A stretch of 64,000 nt of DNA from Candidatus Bathyarchaeota archaeon (GCA_963733055.1 CAVTBR010000002.1:288001-352000); one strand, 5' to 3'. Positions 40,815-50,830 are shown, counted from the first letter of the stretch. The notes: a model not told the origin generated them from the sequence alone. Program-made: numbers and translations.

Positions 40815-41804
40815 ATGCCTCAAGTAATCGAGTGGACTGGCGCGGGACCGGATGACATTGTATGGCGTTACCCTAACGAAGACATAACCTGGGGTGCTCA
40901 GCTCATAGTGCGTGAGTACGAGAACGCCGTATTCTTCAGGGACGGAAAGAGCTACGATACGTTTGGAGCTGGCAGACACACACTCACAACCCTAAACCTT
41001 CCACTAATCACGTCAGTTCTCTCTAGGATTGCGGGTTACCAGAAAACGCCGTTCAAGGCGAACGTAATTTTCATTTCCAACAAGCAGTTTGCCGGAAAAT
41101 TCGGCAACAGGGCGCAAACCACCGAACTCGCACCCCTACTGACTTTCGGTTCGTTCTGGTTCAAAGTCGAGGATCCCTCAATCTTCGTGAATGAGGTGGT
41201 CGGGGGACAGAATGCTTACTCAACGTCAGACGTGAACAACTTTCTGCGCGGCTTCATAAACGAGAAAATGATTGACGAACTCTCAAAATACGATTTGCAG
41301 ACGGTCTTCAGGAAATTAGATGATACGTCAAATCAGGTGAAGGCTAACCTGATGGACTATTTCAAACGGTTAGGCGTTCAGATGATTGACCTGAAATTCG
41401 AGGGGATAGACACAACCCCTGAATTCCGTGACCGTCTCTTCTGGCTGAAATCGGGCGGCGTATCAGGAGATGAAGTGATCAGGATGGAGACGGTGAAGGA
41501 TGCGGCTGCGTCGCTCGGAAAGTCGACTGGGGGTGGAGCAGCGTTTGGCGCCGGTATGGTACTCGTCCCACCATTATTCCAGACAACCCCCTCGGGTGCG
41601 GGGATGTCGGTTGCGCTCATCGTCTGTCCCAACTGCCAAGCACACATACCGTCAACGTCCAAATTCTGCCCCAACTGTGGCCAGAATATTACCACCAGCC
41701 CAGCCCCGCCAGCTAATGCGCCCGTGAGAAAGTGCGCTAAGTGTGGAACGGTGATTCCGGGCGGAGCGAAGTTCTGCCAAAACTGCGGCGCAAAAACCGA
41801 ATAG
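40815..41804 (+). CDS. SPFH domain protein with double zinc ribbon (YdjI-like)
   Basis: GAQLIVREYENAVFFRDG, GRHTLTT.NLP; CPNC..FCPNCG..CAKCG..FCQNCG. Confidence 0.88.
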   Translation: MPQVIEWTGAGPDDIVWRYPNEDITWGAQLIVREYENAVFFRDGKSYDTFGAGRHTLTTLNLPLITSVLSRIAGYQKTPFKANVIFISNKQFAGKFGNRAQTTELAPLLTFGSFWFKVEDPSIFVNEVVGGQNAYSTSDVNNFLRGFINEKMIDELSKYDLQTVFRKLDDTSNQVKANLMDYFKRLGVQMIDLKFEGIDTTPEFRDRLFWLKSGGVSGDEVIRMETVKDAAASLGKSTGGGAAFGAGMVLVPPLFQTTPSGAGMSVALIVCPNCQAHIPSTSKFCPNCGQNITTSPAPPANAPVRKCAKCGTVIPGGAKFCQNCGAKTE

Positions 41805-41806
41805 AG

Positions 41807-42175
41807 TTACTTCGAGCGCATGTAGGCGAGGAATACTAGCCCGAAGAAGACTAGCAGCAACGCTAGCAAATATTCGGCAATCTGGGGTCCGAGAGAGATC
41901 GAGAACCATAACACCCCTATGATCAATGCGAGTACGCCGTACGCCAACGTTGTTCTCGGCGACATCTCATACTTCTGACGCGGACTCCTGGCTTTGAAAA
42001 TGGCCAGCACGGTGAAGATCACGCCCACCCCGGCAATGAAGATGGCCGGAATCTCCCTTGGCGAATTGAACCCAGACAAGTATCCCAGCAAGATAAGCCC
42101 GAGAAGCAGCAGAACCGTCCCAGCCAAGTACGTTTCAAAGCGTCGGGCAACCATCTTTCGTCGCTGTACGCTCAT
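41807..42175 (-). CDS. 4-TM membrane protein
   Basis: Four hydrophobic segments. Confidence 0.7.
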   Translation of the reverse strand: MSVQRRKMVARRFETYLAGTVLLLLGLILLGYLSGFNSPREIPAIFIAGVGVIFTVLAIFKARSPRQKYEMSPRTTLAYGVLALIIGVLWFSISLGPQIAEYLLALLLVFFGLVFLAYMRSK

Positions 42176-42297
42176 CCCGCACCCCGATATGTATGCTCTG
42201 GTCGCACGGAGAGCAAGTCGGAACTAAGATTGCGCGTGTGAAACTTGACGGATTGCGATTAGCTTAATTCACCATCCTATTCGTTTAGCATAATGGT

Positions 42298-42461
42298 GCG
42301 GGGATACCAGAGCCAGGTCAAATGGGCGGGTCGCGTGCCCTTTCATGCCTACGCTTGGCCACGCGCGCTACACTCAAGATTCACGGACGTGCAGGCTTTG
42401 TGGCGGGTGAGCTATCCCGTGGCGTAGGCCTTCGTGGGTTCGAATCCCACTCCCCGCACCA
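42298..42461 (+). tRNA. tRNA-Leu(CAA) with two introns (42331-42371 at 30/31; 42379-42413 at 37/38), CCA encoded
   Basis: Acceptor GCGGGGA/TCCCCGC-ACCA, GGTTCGAATCC T-arm, long variable arm; intron removal gives CGGGA-CTCAAGA-TCCCG; both junctions form BHB-like motifs. Confidence 0.92.
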
Positions 42462-42931
42462 CAAACGAACCCACGACATTTTCAGGGACGTTTTGAGTAA
42501 CATCACTTTTTCGGGTAGAATTCTCGTCATGGCTCATAACTTGCTAACACCAAAGTAGGTTATCGCCTTGGGCCGTAATTAACGTCTGGTTGGACAGACA
42601 CGTAAGGGACAGAGTGCTAATGATGGTGCTTGAGAATGGTCAGAGTCAAGTCTGACTCTATTAGGCGTCATGCGATCTGTCGAAGCTGGCATCCTTGGTC
42701 TGGACAGTTTTCCCTTTGTGACAAACTCATCAGAACTCATTGCATAACTCGAAATTCCTCAAGCTACTCTGACTGCGTGAGGCAGCGTTCCCAAAGTTGC
42801 TTATTGAAGCTGAACTAAAGGGTGATACTGCCAATTACGTTCTCTGCTAGAACCCGTTCGTTTCTGATTTTTCCTTTTGCTCAAACAATCCGCAAAAGTG
42901 TCTGGCAAACTACGCTCTTGCGTTCGCGTGG

Positions 42932-43603
42932 TTGGGAAAATCCAAGCCGTTCGTGAACAAAGCTATAGCGCCGTCGTGCCTATCCATTTCGGTGACCTTG
43001 CCAAGTGAAAAAGCCGTCAAGAATCGAAAGTCGGATGAAAGCCGCGTTCCCACAATTGTAGTGGTTACTCTTCTCGTGTTTTTCGTGATTCTATATTGTG
43101 TCGCTTATTTCGTTCCACAACTAAGACTCGTCGAATCGTTGCCGGACGTTATCTTTTACATTTGGCTCAACATGACTCTTGCCGTTCTTTGGTGGGGACA
43201 TAAAGGGAAAGTTGTGGAAAAGCTGGAACTTTTGAGCCTAGGACAGAGCACGATGGGGGGCACGGTGCAGGCTGGGATCATAGCAACTAGCATATTCATT
43301 CCATTGTGTCTTACCGCGATTCAGATTATGGTCGGCAATAACTACTCAGCTATCCCGGCGAGCGTCAAACTTCCCGCTGCGAACCTCATCGTTGCTATCT
43401 TCTGGTTTGGTTGTTCGACAATTTTCGGCGTGACTACACTCGTATATATGAATCAGAAAATCGGCGAAAACCGAGACGTTCTGAACGAACGACTGATTGG
43501 AATCCCAACCAACCTTCAGTTCTACGCGATTGTAATGGGAACGGTAAGGGTCTTGTATGTTTTGGTCTTAATGTGGGTAGGAATGGGCCTTGCTCTCGCT
43601 TGA
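42932..43603 (+). CDS. Membrane hypothetical protein
   Basis: About 5 TMs; start uncertain. Confidence 0.65.
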   Translation: MGKSKPFVNKAIAPSCLSISVTLPSEKAVKNRKSDESRVPTIVVVTLLVFFVILYCVAYFVPQLRLVESLPDVIFYIWLNMTLAVLWWGHKGKVVEKLELLSLGQSTMGGTVQAGIIATSIFIPLCLTAIQIMVGNNYSAIPASVKLPAANLIVAIFWFGCSTIFGVTTLVYMNQKIGENRDVLNERLIGIPTNLQFYAIVMGTVRVLYVLVLMWVGMGLALA

Positions 43604-44093
43604 AGACGTCAGGCATCTCATGAGCCGTCTTGGTGTTCAAGAAGACCCCAGCGCTGAAGATTTTGCGTTTACTGCCTTTGAAATGGCAAGAGAATATGCC
43701 GCGTCGCAAAGACGGGAAGTGACCATCGATGATGTCAAAATATCTCTTGGATGGCTTTGTCAGATTCCATTGCCTGGCAAGCCGCCACAGACAGATGAGA
43801 CTAAGAGAATAGTGGCCTACCTCTGTAGGCTCGGAAGAGAGAAAGGAGTAGGCGCGCTTACTTTACCTCAATCAATCGAGAGCGAAATGAGAACTCATCC
43901 ACCTGCGCCTTACTACTATCAACCACCGATAAGCCCGATAGGCCCACTCGCCTTAATGGTCAAGGTTGACCTCCTTTCTAGAGCCGGAATAGACGTAACT
44001 ACCACGTCCCAGGAAAGGTTTTTTGTGGCAGGCGTTCCGACAACCGTTGTACCTCTTTACCGAATCATGGACAGAATCCCAAGATCAGGCTAG
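43590..44093 (+). CDS. Hypothetical protein
   Basis: 167-aa ORF overlapping the upstream stop. Confidence 0.6.
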   Translation: MLSLEDVRHLMSRLGVQEDPSAEDFAFTAFEMAREYAASQRREVTIDDVKISLGWLCQIPLPGKPPQTDETKRIVAYLCRLGREKGVGALTLPQSIESEMRTHPPAPYYYQPPISPIGPLALMVKVDLLSRAGIDVTTTSQERFFVAGVPTTVVPLYRIMDRIPRSG

Positions 44094-44250
44094 AGCCTCG
44101 CCTCGGAGATTTGGTTTTGATGACACGCATCTTCCCGATCCATCTGTTTGCGGTGAAGCTGTATGTTCCCGTAATAGCCGCTTCAATTATCAGAATCGCT
44201 AGGAGAATCATGGAAGTCTGGAAGAAAACTTCGAGGCGAGGTAGAGTAAT

Positions 44251-44814
44251 TTGAAAGAATATGTGGACGACGTTCTGCTTGTATTCGACAGATTTTGGGC
44301 CTTTCTGAGACGGAAGTACCTGAATCGAGCGTTCATTACCACGCAGGTTAAGGGCCTCGTGTATGCAATCGGATTCTTCACCGTCGTCTTCGTAATACTT
44401 GAAATTGCAAATCGAATTGTCTACTACCCATTTCCCTCAAATATCGAACTGGTCCTTGCGCTCGAGATATTAAGGGCATTAATCCAAGTCGACGCCGCCT
44501 TGATAGGCTTCTTGGGCATAATCGCCGTGTACGTCTTCTCAACCATTCAAAACCAATTCGAAAAGTCCCTATCTATGCCGGTTTCAGACGAATGGGACAA
44601 CCGCCGATCAAACGCAGCCTGGTTAAGCGCTCTAACCGTTTCATCTCTCGTCGGGTCCTTGATTACGACATTGGTTTCAATCTCCAATCTCACTAATAGT
44701 ATGGCGTACTCTGAACTCTACTGGCCCGTTGCGCTTATGCTGGAGGGCATAGCAGGAGTCTTCGGACTCATATTTTATGCAACGAAGCGACCGCCTAAAC
44801 CCAAATTCCTATGA
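44251..44814 (+). CDS. 4-TM hypothetical protein
   Basis: Hydrophobic helices, basic tail. Confidence 0.65.
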   Translation: MKEYVDDVLLVFDRFWAFLRRKYLNRAFITTQVKGLVYAIGFFTVVFVILEIANRIVYYPFPSNIELVLALEILRALIQVDAALIGFLGIIAVYVFSTIQNQFEKSLSMPVSDEWDNRRSNAAWLSALTVSSLVGSLITTLVSISNLTNSMAYSELYWPVALMLEGIAGVFGLIFYATKRPPKPKFL

Positions 44815-45038
44815 CGCTCGGGAATCCCGGAATGATCAACCCGCGTAAGGCGAGGGAAGCCAAGGTCGATGATTTTTCCGTTCTCCCAGATTTCCTTTCT
44901 GAAAACTTGGGATGACGTGGTGAGTGAGATTGAAGCGAATAATCGACCAAATTATCATTATGCAACTCGTGAGACCATTTAGACTATTGATGGAACTTCA
45001 ACAATCTAGTCACTGCTAGGCGTGGTTAGAGACCTTAG

Positions 45039-45818
45039 CTAAGCCTTGACGACTATTAGTTCTGGGATTTGTTGGATCAACTGATTATCCTTTGAGTAAA
45101 GTGAAATCACGTAACCATAGTTTCCTGGTGGAGCGCCATTGGACACGATGGCGAAGGCGTACTCTCCCGTTGTTCCCTGTGGGCCTATTGACTCGATCGG
45201 CAAAGATAGCGGGACTATTGAGAGATGGTCCACGCTCATGTTGAGCTTGACAGATACGACTAATCCGCTGTATATTACCGAAGAACTCATGCTTTGCACT
45301 TTGAACAACAAACTGGTGTTGTCATTCACACCAATGGTGTTCTTGTAAGGATAGAACATGTAGAACGGAAATTCTGAACGATAATCCACTGCCGTGAATT
45401 TGACGTTCGGAAGGAGATAGATCCAAGTTGCTTCATTACGAGTGACGTTCGTACCAGTTCCACTAGAAAACTGCAAATAGACACTCACTGAATAGTTCCC
45501 GTCTTGAATATCATTTCCAGTTATTATCACAGGAATCGCGGATAAGGAACCCGTGGTCAAGCTTATCGGACTGGAAACCGCACCCGATATTGCTCTGGAG
45601 ACAACAACTGGCAAAACCCCACTCAAATCTGTCCCGCTATTGGTAACACTCACAGTACCAGTTGCCGAGTGCCCTGCACTAATTGACTTTGGAAAATCAA
45701 CGGAGAAACTCAGACTAACTACTTGCTGTTGTTGCGGCGGCCTCTGATAGAACCAAACGAAATATACTCCGGCGAGTAAGATCATCACAATTATTGCAAC
45801 GCCAAACTTATTTGGCAT
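45039..45818 (-). CDS. Membrane-anchored exported protein with Ig-like beta domains
   Basis: N-terminal TM; VTNSG, GNYSVSV and PPGNY beta-sandwich-like motifs. Confidence 0.7.
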   Translation of the reverse strand: MPNKFGVAIIVMILLAGVYFVWFYQRPPQQQQVVSLSFSVDFPKSISAGHSATGTVSVTNSGTDLSGVLPVVVSRAISGAVSSPISLTTGSLSAIPVIITGNDIQDGNYSVSVYLQFSSGTGTNVTRNEATWIYLLPNVKFTAVDYRSEFPFYMFYPYKNTIGVNDNTSLLFKVQSMSSSVIYSGLVVSVKLNMSVDHLSIVPLSLPIESIGPQGTTGEYAFAIVSNGAPPGNYGYVISLYSKDNQLIQQIPELIVVKA

Positions 45819-45875
45819 CTACAATCCACCATTTTGCAAACTCGACACCATGCATTTAGGCTCTTCCATCAGACA

Positions 45876-46514
45876 TCATTCTCTAGTTGTTAATTTGTTT
45901 CCTTCGCTGGATTGAGCGATATACACTCCAGCGAGCGAGATGCCGAGAACAATCAAGGACGACAACAACACGCTATACCCAAAGATTGCCCTAGCCGGCG
46001 CGAGAACAATCATAATGGGGGTGAATATCAAGGAGAACATCATAGCGGGCAGAACCACGTACCATTGGAAATTCGCGCTCGCACCTTTCAAATACCACCA
46101 AAGATGAAAGAAAAAGAAAATTGTCAGCATCAACCCCATTGTGGCGACAATATCAATTTCGAATGAGAATTGGGAAACGACCACAACTTGGGTGCTTGTT
46201 AAGAATAGTAATATTGCATTGAAAAAGTAGTAACTTATCGCAATCTCGATGGCGAGACCTGCAATAGCGAACGGAACTCGCCCCAATCCAATCCGTTTTC
46301 TTTTTCGACACAGAAAGCAGATTTCAACAAGAGTTGCACCAGGAATACATACCAGCGCTATCAAAAAGGCTGCTCGAATGGGCAATATGAAATCCGTGTA
46401 CCCTACCCAGAGAACCTGAAGGGATGACCCCACATAGAGACCGTAGACAAGCGTGGCAAATAGGAGTGAGAAATGGAAAGGGTAATCGACTCGTCTTCCT
46501 CGTAACGGAGCCAA
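45876..46514 (-). CDS. Polytopic membrane hypothetical protein
   Basis: About 6 TMs. Confidence 0.6.
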   Translation of the reverse strand: MAPLRGRRVDYPFHFSLLFATLVYGLYVGSSLQVLWVGYTDFILPIRAAFLIALVCIPGATLVEICFLCRKRKRIGLGRVPFAIAGLAIEIAISYYFFNAILLFLTSTQVVVVSQFSFEIDIVATMGLMLTIFFFFHLWWYLKGASANFQWYVVLPAMMFSLIFTPIMIVLAPARAIFGYSVLLSSLIVLGISLAGVYIAQSSEGNKLTTRE

Positions 46515-46710
46515 AACGATCTGTTGCGTCTTGTCCGAGAATGCGATTTATTTTTTTCTGACAGAGTTCGAATTTCTACACAAACAGGGTAAAGCCGTTC
46601 AGTTTCATTTTGGCGCCTCTTGGAGCACCATCGTCGACCCGATACAACCGCGCACCTAGCAGATTGGACGGCAATACAAGTCCAACAAGAAACGCACGCC
46701 AATGGTCCTC

Positions 46711-47865
46711 TCATTTCGAAAACCTGAAGGGTTCCTCAACTAGGAACTTCAGCTTTCGGTAAAGGTGGACTTCGCCGAACTCGTCAAATTTCTGATAGCC
46801 CATTGAACCCAATTCCGTTGCTTCCTCTGGGCATTTGGCTTGCTTCACGTCATAATCGTCTTCACGGAGAAGAATTGCCTGTGCTAATTGGACGTAGACG
46901 TTCACTAGCCACGGGTTCACTATGCCCAGCAAATCCATGACGTGCCTTACGTCTTTCGTCTGGTAGTATTCCCAAGTGGCTCGCCAGGTGCGAAAGCTGT
47001 GAAAGTGGACTGCTCGGAGGCGGTAAGCGGGATATTGTTCGTCTAGCTGTTTTCGGAGCCGCTCGAATTGTCTGCGGAAATCATCCAGGCTGTCCGCGTA
47101 TTTTGCGGGGTCGGTCAGCTCTCGGTGGAACACGTATGGGCTGTCCGTTTTTCGAAGCAGGTTTAACATGTCGACGAGGCGTTGGGATACGGTTCTCGTT
47201 CTTGAGCGGCTTCCTTTCTCTGGTTCGGCGATTGTTATGAGGCGCTGTTTGAATTCGATCTCGCTCCATTTCAGCATCCACGCTTCGCCAGCCCTTGCTG
47301 CGGTTTCCTTCAGCGTTTGAAGGAACACGCCCTGTTTGAAGTCAAGTTGTGTCATCATGTGAATGAGGAATAGGATGGATTGGAGCGGCGGCAGGTAGGG
47401 TTGCGTTCGCACTCTCTTCAGGTCGGGAGCGTTCCACTTGATGCCCGCCCACAAATAGAAGGCGTTGAGGTCTTGCAGCCACTTGTATTTTGTGTTGGGA
47501 CTCGGTTTCTTCCCTCTCAGACCGAGGGTCTCAGGGTCTTCGAGCCAACTTGCGACATATTCGTGGTCGAGAATGTTTGATTTCCAGTTCTGCAGATTGA
47601 CGGCTCTGTTGATGCGCTTCAGCACCCCGAAACGGGGCTTTAGGGTTGTTCGCTTGAGTTTCTTGTTCGCTAGCGCATACTGGAGGATGCGTGCCTCGCC
47701 GTTCTTGAGAAGTTGAGCGGACCCACTGTTTGGAGCGCCGTTTGGCGCAATGTGAGCCGCCAAATTTGTGGCGGCACTAGTGGGTTCCGCACGAGGAGCG
47801 CTGACACAGTTGCGAGTTGGCTCCAAACGACTACAACGCCTTCCTTGTTGAGTTGGCGTGCGCAC
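46711..47865 (-). CDS. Tyrosine recombinase/integrase (start uncertain, probably about 47700)
   Basis: TAARAGEA (R1), PEKGS (K), HSFR, LLGI, NVYVQL (Y). Confidence 0.88.
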   Translation of the reverse strand: MRTPTQQGRRCSRLEPTRNCVSAPRAEPTSAATNLAAHIAPNGAPNSGSAQLLKNGEARILQYALANKKLKRTTLKPRFGVLKRINRAVNLQNWKSNILDHEYVASWLEDPETLGLRGKKPSPNTKYKWLQDLNAFYLWAGIKWNAPDLKRVRTQPYLPPLQSILFLIHMMTQLDFKQGVFLQTLKETAARAGEAWMLKWSEIEFKQRLITIAEPEKGSRSRTRTVSQRLVDMLNLLRKTDSPYVFHRELTDPAKYADSLDDFRRQFERLRKQLDEQYPAYRLRAVHFHSFRTWRATWEYYQTKDVRHVMDLLGIVNPWLVNVYVQLAQAILLREDDYDVKQAKCPEEATELGSMGYQKFDEFGEVHLYRKLKFLVEEPFRFSK

Positions 47866-47978
47866 GCGGACGGCAATGGGGGTGGATGAACATCACCCTG
47901 TATGTCTTGGGACTACTCCTGTCCCGGCGGCTGTCGCTGAGGATCGTGTAGCGTTCCCACCACTTCTTCCTCATGCTC

Positions 47979-48356
47979 TCACCTCAGTTCCTCCTTGCGG
48001 AGGAAAGTGAGCCGCATCGCTTGCCCCGTGTTGGTGCTGATCGTGTCGTTCCCGTATCCGTTAGCACCGAACTCGGCTCTGGCAGGGCCCCACATTTCCG
48101 ATGCCACGAGCCGCGCAATATCTCTAGCCTCTGCCCACGCCTTCGCTAGGTTCGCCCCCGCGACGGGCACGGTCTCAAGGTCCTCTTCCTCGGCCCATTC
48201 TATTTCCTTCTTCGCTCCCTTCCTCCTCTCGGTCCCTCCTGCCTCGAACAGGAAGACGAACCTATGCTGGCGAGAGGTTGCCACGGGCATGGGCGCGTTA
48301 ATGCGGTCGTTGTGCCACTGTTTCAGCTTCCACTTCGGCGTGTGTTGCTCTTCCAA
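47979..48356 (-). CDS. Hypothetical protein (element early region)
   Basis: Tightly packed in minus-strand operon. Confidence 0.6.
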   Translation of the reverse strand: MEEQHTPKWKLKQWHNDRINAPMPVATSRQHRFVFLFEAGGTERRKGAKKEIEWAEEEDLETVPVAGANLAKAWAEARDIARLVASEMWGPARAEFGANGYGNDTISTNTGQAMRLTFLRKEELR

Positions 48357-48357
48357 G

Positions 48358-48777
48358 TCACTGCGCCTCCGAGCCGCCGTTTCGGGCTTCGACGGGCTTC
48401 CACCTGATTTCGTCTTCGTCCTCGGTTTCGTCCTTGACGTAGTGTCTGCCCGTCAGGCAATAGTCGAGGAGCCACTCTCTCGACCTGTGAAACTCGTTGG
48501 CGGGGCCGTCCCCATGCTCGATGGTGACCCCTACCTCCTCCAGCGCCCGCTCGATTTCGATAAGCCTGTGGTACTGCTCGTCGGTGTCGCAGGCGAAACG
48601 GATTATCAGCCCAGGGGCGTCGTCGCCGCATACACGCCAGAGATAGTCGACCCGAGTCTGCAGTGGACCGCCGCTCGCTTCGCCTTCGCGGGCGGAGCGG
48701 AGCCTCCCGCAGACGAAGCAGTGAAACGTGTTTGCGACTTCGCCAGCAGGAGACTGTTTTTCGCTCATCGCTTGCAC
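48358..48777 (-). CDS. Hypothetical protein with CxxC
   Basis: CFVCG...CD; tightly packed. Confidence 0.6.
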   Translation of the reverse strand: MQAMSEKQSPAGEVANTFHCFVCGRLRSAREGEASGGPLQTRVDYLWRVCGDDAPGLIIRFACDTDEQYHRLIEIERALEEVGVTIEHGDGPANEFHRSREWLLDYCLTGRHYVKDETEDEDEIRWKPVEARNGGSEAQ

Positions 48778-48992
48778 CTCGACTCAGAGGTGACTTGGTC
48801 GGAGAACTCCTGCACGCTGATGACCACGGTGTTTGTCTCGGTGTCTTCCCTCACCGTGACTCTTTGCTGCTTGCGCAGCTTGTTCTTGCGTATCCAATTG
48901 AGGGGTAGCGTTGCCACATAGCTGCAGTTCGGGTACTTGCCGAGCGCAATCAGTCTCCGTTCTTCCTTGCTTCTCAACTTCCGTACCTCCAT
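48765..48992 (-). CDS. AbrB/MazE/SpoVT-type DNA-binding protein
   Basis: RRLIALG....SYVATLPLNWIRKNKL...QRVTV pattern. Confidence 0.75.
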   Translation of the reverse strand: MEVRKLRSKEERRLIALGKYPNCSYVATLPLNWIRKNKLRKQQRVTVREDTETNTVVISVQEFSDQVTSESRCKR

Positions 48993-49180
48993 TTCGGCTC
49001 AAGTCGAGGGTGGCGGGGCAAGCCGTGTTTCGGAAGCCTGGTTTTGCCCGCATCCATGATGCCGTTGTGGTCGCTGCAAAGAACTGTCCGACTAGCCGGA
49101 TCCCAGAAGATTGTTTGGCTGTCGTCGGCAACGGGAGAGTAGCAGGGGCAACCGCAAACCGAGCATCGATATTCATACAT
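48974..49180 (-). CDS. Small Zn-finger protein
   Basis: YRCSVCG...LCSDH. Confidence 0.6.
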   Translation of the reverse strand: MYEYRCSVCGCPCYSPVADDSQTIFWDPASRTVLCSDHNGIMDAGKTRLPKHGLPRHPRLEPKWRYGS

Positions 49181-49200
49181 AGTTTTGATTTGCAGGAAGG

Positions 49201-49413
49201 TCACTGGAACAGCCACCTCCGAAGTGGGACGCACGACGCTTCCCACCCGTGAAGTCGGATGCTCTCAAGCGCCTGCTCCAAGGTGCTAGCGTCCTTGATT
49301 TGCCACGTCACGCCGTCAAGGCGCAGGGAAAAGATGCGCCCGGACTCTAGGTATTTGACCCGGCTGACCCGAAGAGTCCCATCGTTTCGTTCTCCGCTCT
49401 CGCTGTTTGCCAT
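49201..49413 (-). CDS. Small hypothetical protein, first gene of leftward operon
   Basis: ATG start, divergent from wHTH gene. Confidence 0.5.
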   Translation of the reverse strand: MANSESGERNDGTLRVSRVKYLESGRIFSLRLDGVTWQIKDASTLEQALESIRLHGWEASCVPLRRWLFQ

Positions 49414-49473
49414 CGCATTTCACGTTAACACCGCAAAGCAGATTAGCCGTGCAAGCCGCGAACTGTTCAGAAG

Positions 49474-50388
49474 TTGATCTGCGCAGTGCGCGTTTCGGTA
49501 AGTTCGAAGGAGCGAACGATCCGGTCTTCGATCCTCATCTACATGGCCGGCCGACCACGGGACCAGCCCGTCGTGTGGGGTCACAGCATCGCCAAAGAAT
49601 TTGCGAAAAGTAAGATCGGCGAAGTGTCCCCGAACACCGTCTACGAAGCACTGGAAGCATTCCGCGAGGAGGGCATGGCCGAACCCGCCGACCGGCCGGC
49701 TTCCGAAAAGCCGCCATTGTCACCGATTGAGGCGCTTGCGCCCGGGGTTTTGGACGAAAAGGAAATGAAGCTACAGAAAAACGTGAAGCGCTTGCTTCGG
49801 GCCGGCTACACGGAGGTCGAACTGGACCGGCTAGAGACAAATCTCCAAAAGAAACACAGTAGGCGCCGGCATTCTGGTATCGCGGGTTTACGCCCAAGAG
49901 AGATCAAAGCTCTCATCGCCGCCAAAGCGAGAGAAGGCTTCGCACCGCCGGATCCCCGCACAAAGGGCTACCACATTACGGACAAAGGGCGGAGAGTGGC
50001 GGCGCTATTGAAGGAGGAGTTCCTTACAACAAGATGGAATGATTGCATCAAGTCCCCACTAGACGACGCCAAGTTCCTCTCCGAGCTTGGCAGACACGGG
50101 TTTGAGGCACACCACGTCGTGGCGGCTGTAAACGTGCGAGCGATACGCATAGTGCCCCTAGAGCCGGAAAAGCACCCAGCAAAGTATCAGCTCGGCCGAA
50201 CATATTACAAGGGCACCCAGACCCGAGACATTGAGCGACGCAGCTTCAGGTACGATATTCCCGACCTGACACAGCCGGACTTCGCAAGTTCCGAGCACAA
50301 AGAAGACGAACCCATAATCTCCAGAGAGCACGCAAGGTTTCTTGTACGAGCTATGAAACTGGGAAAGAGAAGGAAGCTTGAGTCTTGA
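49474..50388 (+). CDS. PadR-like winged-helix regulator with large insertion and C-terminal extension
   Basis: WGHSIAKE..VSPNTVYEALEAFREEG, then after about 85 aa RTKGYHITDKGR. Confidence 0.7.
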   Translation: MICAVRVSVSSKERTIRSSILIYMAGRPRDQPVVWGHSIAKEFAKSKIGEVSPNTVYEALEAFREEGMAEPADRPASEKPPLSPIEALAPGVLDEKEMKLQKNVKRLLRAGYTEVELDRLETNLQKKHSRRRHSGIAGLRPREIKALIAAKAREGFAPPDPRTKGYHITDKGRRVAALLKEEFLTTRWNDCIKSPLDDAKFLSELGRHGFEAHHVVAAVNVRAIRIVPLEPEKHPAKYQLGRTYYKGTQTRDIERRSFRYDIPDLTQPDFASSEHKEDEPIISREHARFLVRAMKLGKRRKLES

Positions 50389-50391
50389 CCT

Positions 50392-50535
50392 CTAGTTCTT
50401 TGTGGTCTTTGAATACTTCTTGTAGAAATCCAGCAATCCGTTAACTATCGTGTCGTACGTCTCGCCCTTTCTGCCGTGGCTGAAGAGCCGCTTGCGACTG
50501 AATTTCCTGACTTTTATCGTGGTGAGGTCGCCGAA
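50392..50535 (-). pseudogene. RHH/antitoxin-like small gene lacking a start codon
   Basis: Manual translation: LTTIKVRKFSRKRLFSHGRKGETYDTIVNGLLDFYKK*. Confidence 0.65.
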
Positions 50536-50830
50536 GTCCGCGAGTCCTTCGACAAGGAGATTGCTGCGCTCCAGAAGCGGACTAGGCTGTCCGAGGCGAC
50601 AATCGTGACGATGCTCGCCGACAACGCGATGAAGCAGGCGGATACGGTCGCTTACAAGCGCACCAAGCAGACGATCTGCGTTGTGGCCAAGTGCCCGATA
50701 TGCTACGACGACAACAGGACCTCTACCTTACGAAGAACACCAGGGAGGAGCTACAGACAGCCATAGAGCAGCACCTGCTCGTCCACTTCACGTCGCCCGA
50801 AGACGTCGCACGGGAAACCGCCGAAGCCGG
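50530..50830 (+). pseudogene. C2H2 Zn-finger gene remnant (frameshift about 50715)
   Basis: KCPIC in one frame, EQHLLVHF in the next. Confidence 0.5.

Noticed and set aside
42462-46700. Integron cassette array of membrane genes
   Set aside because: Mixed orientations, no repeated attC-like sites seen, and no evidence the integrase is IntI-type
47995-48921. 308-aa plus-strand ORF
   Set aside because: Antisense shadow of the tightly packed minus-strand operon
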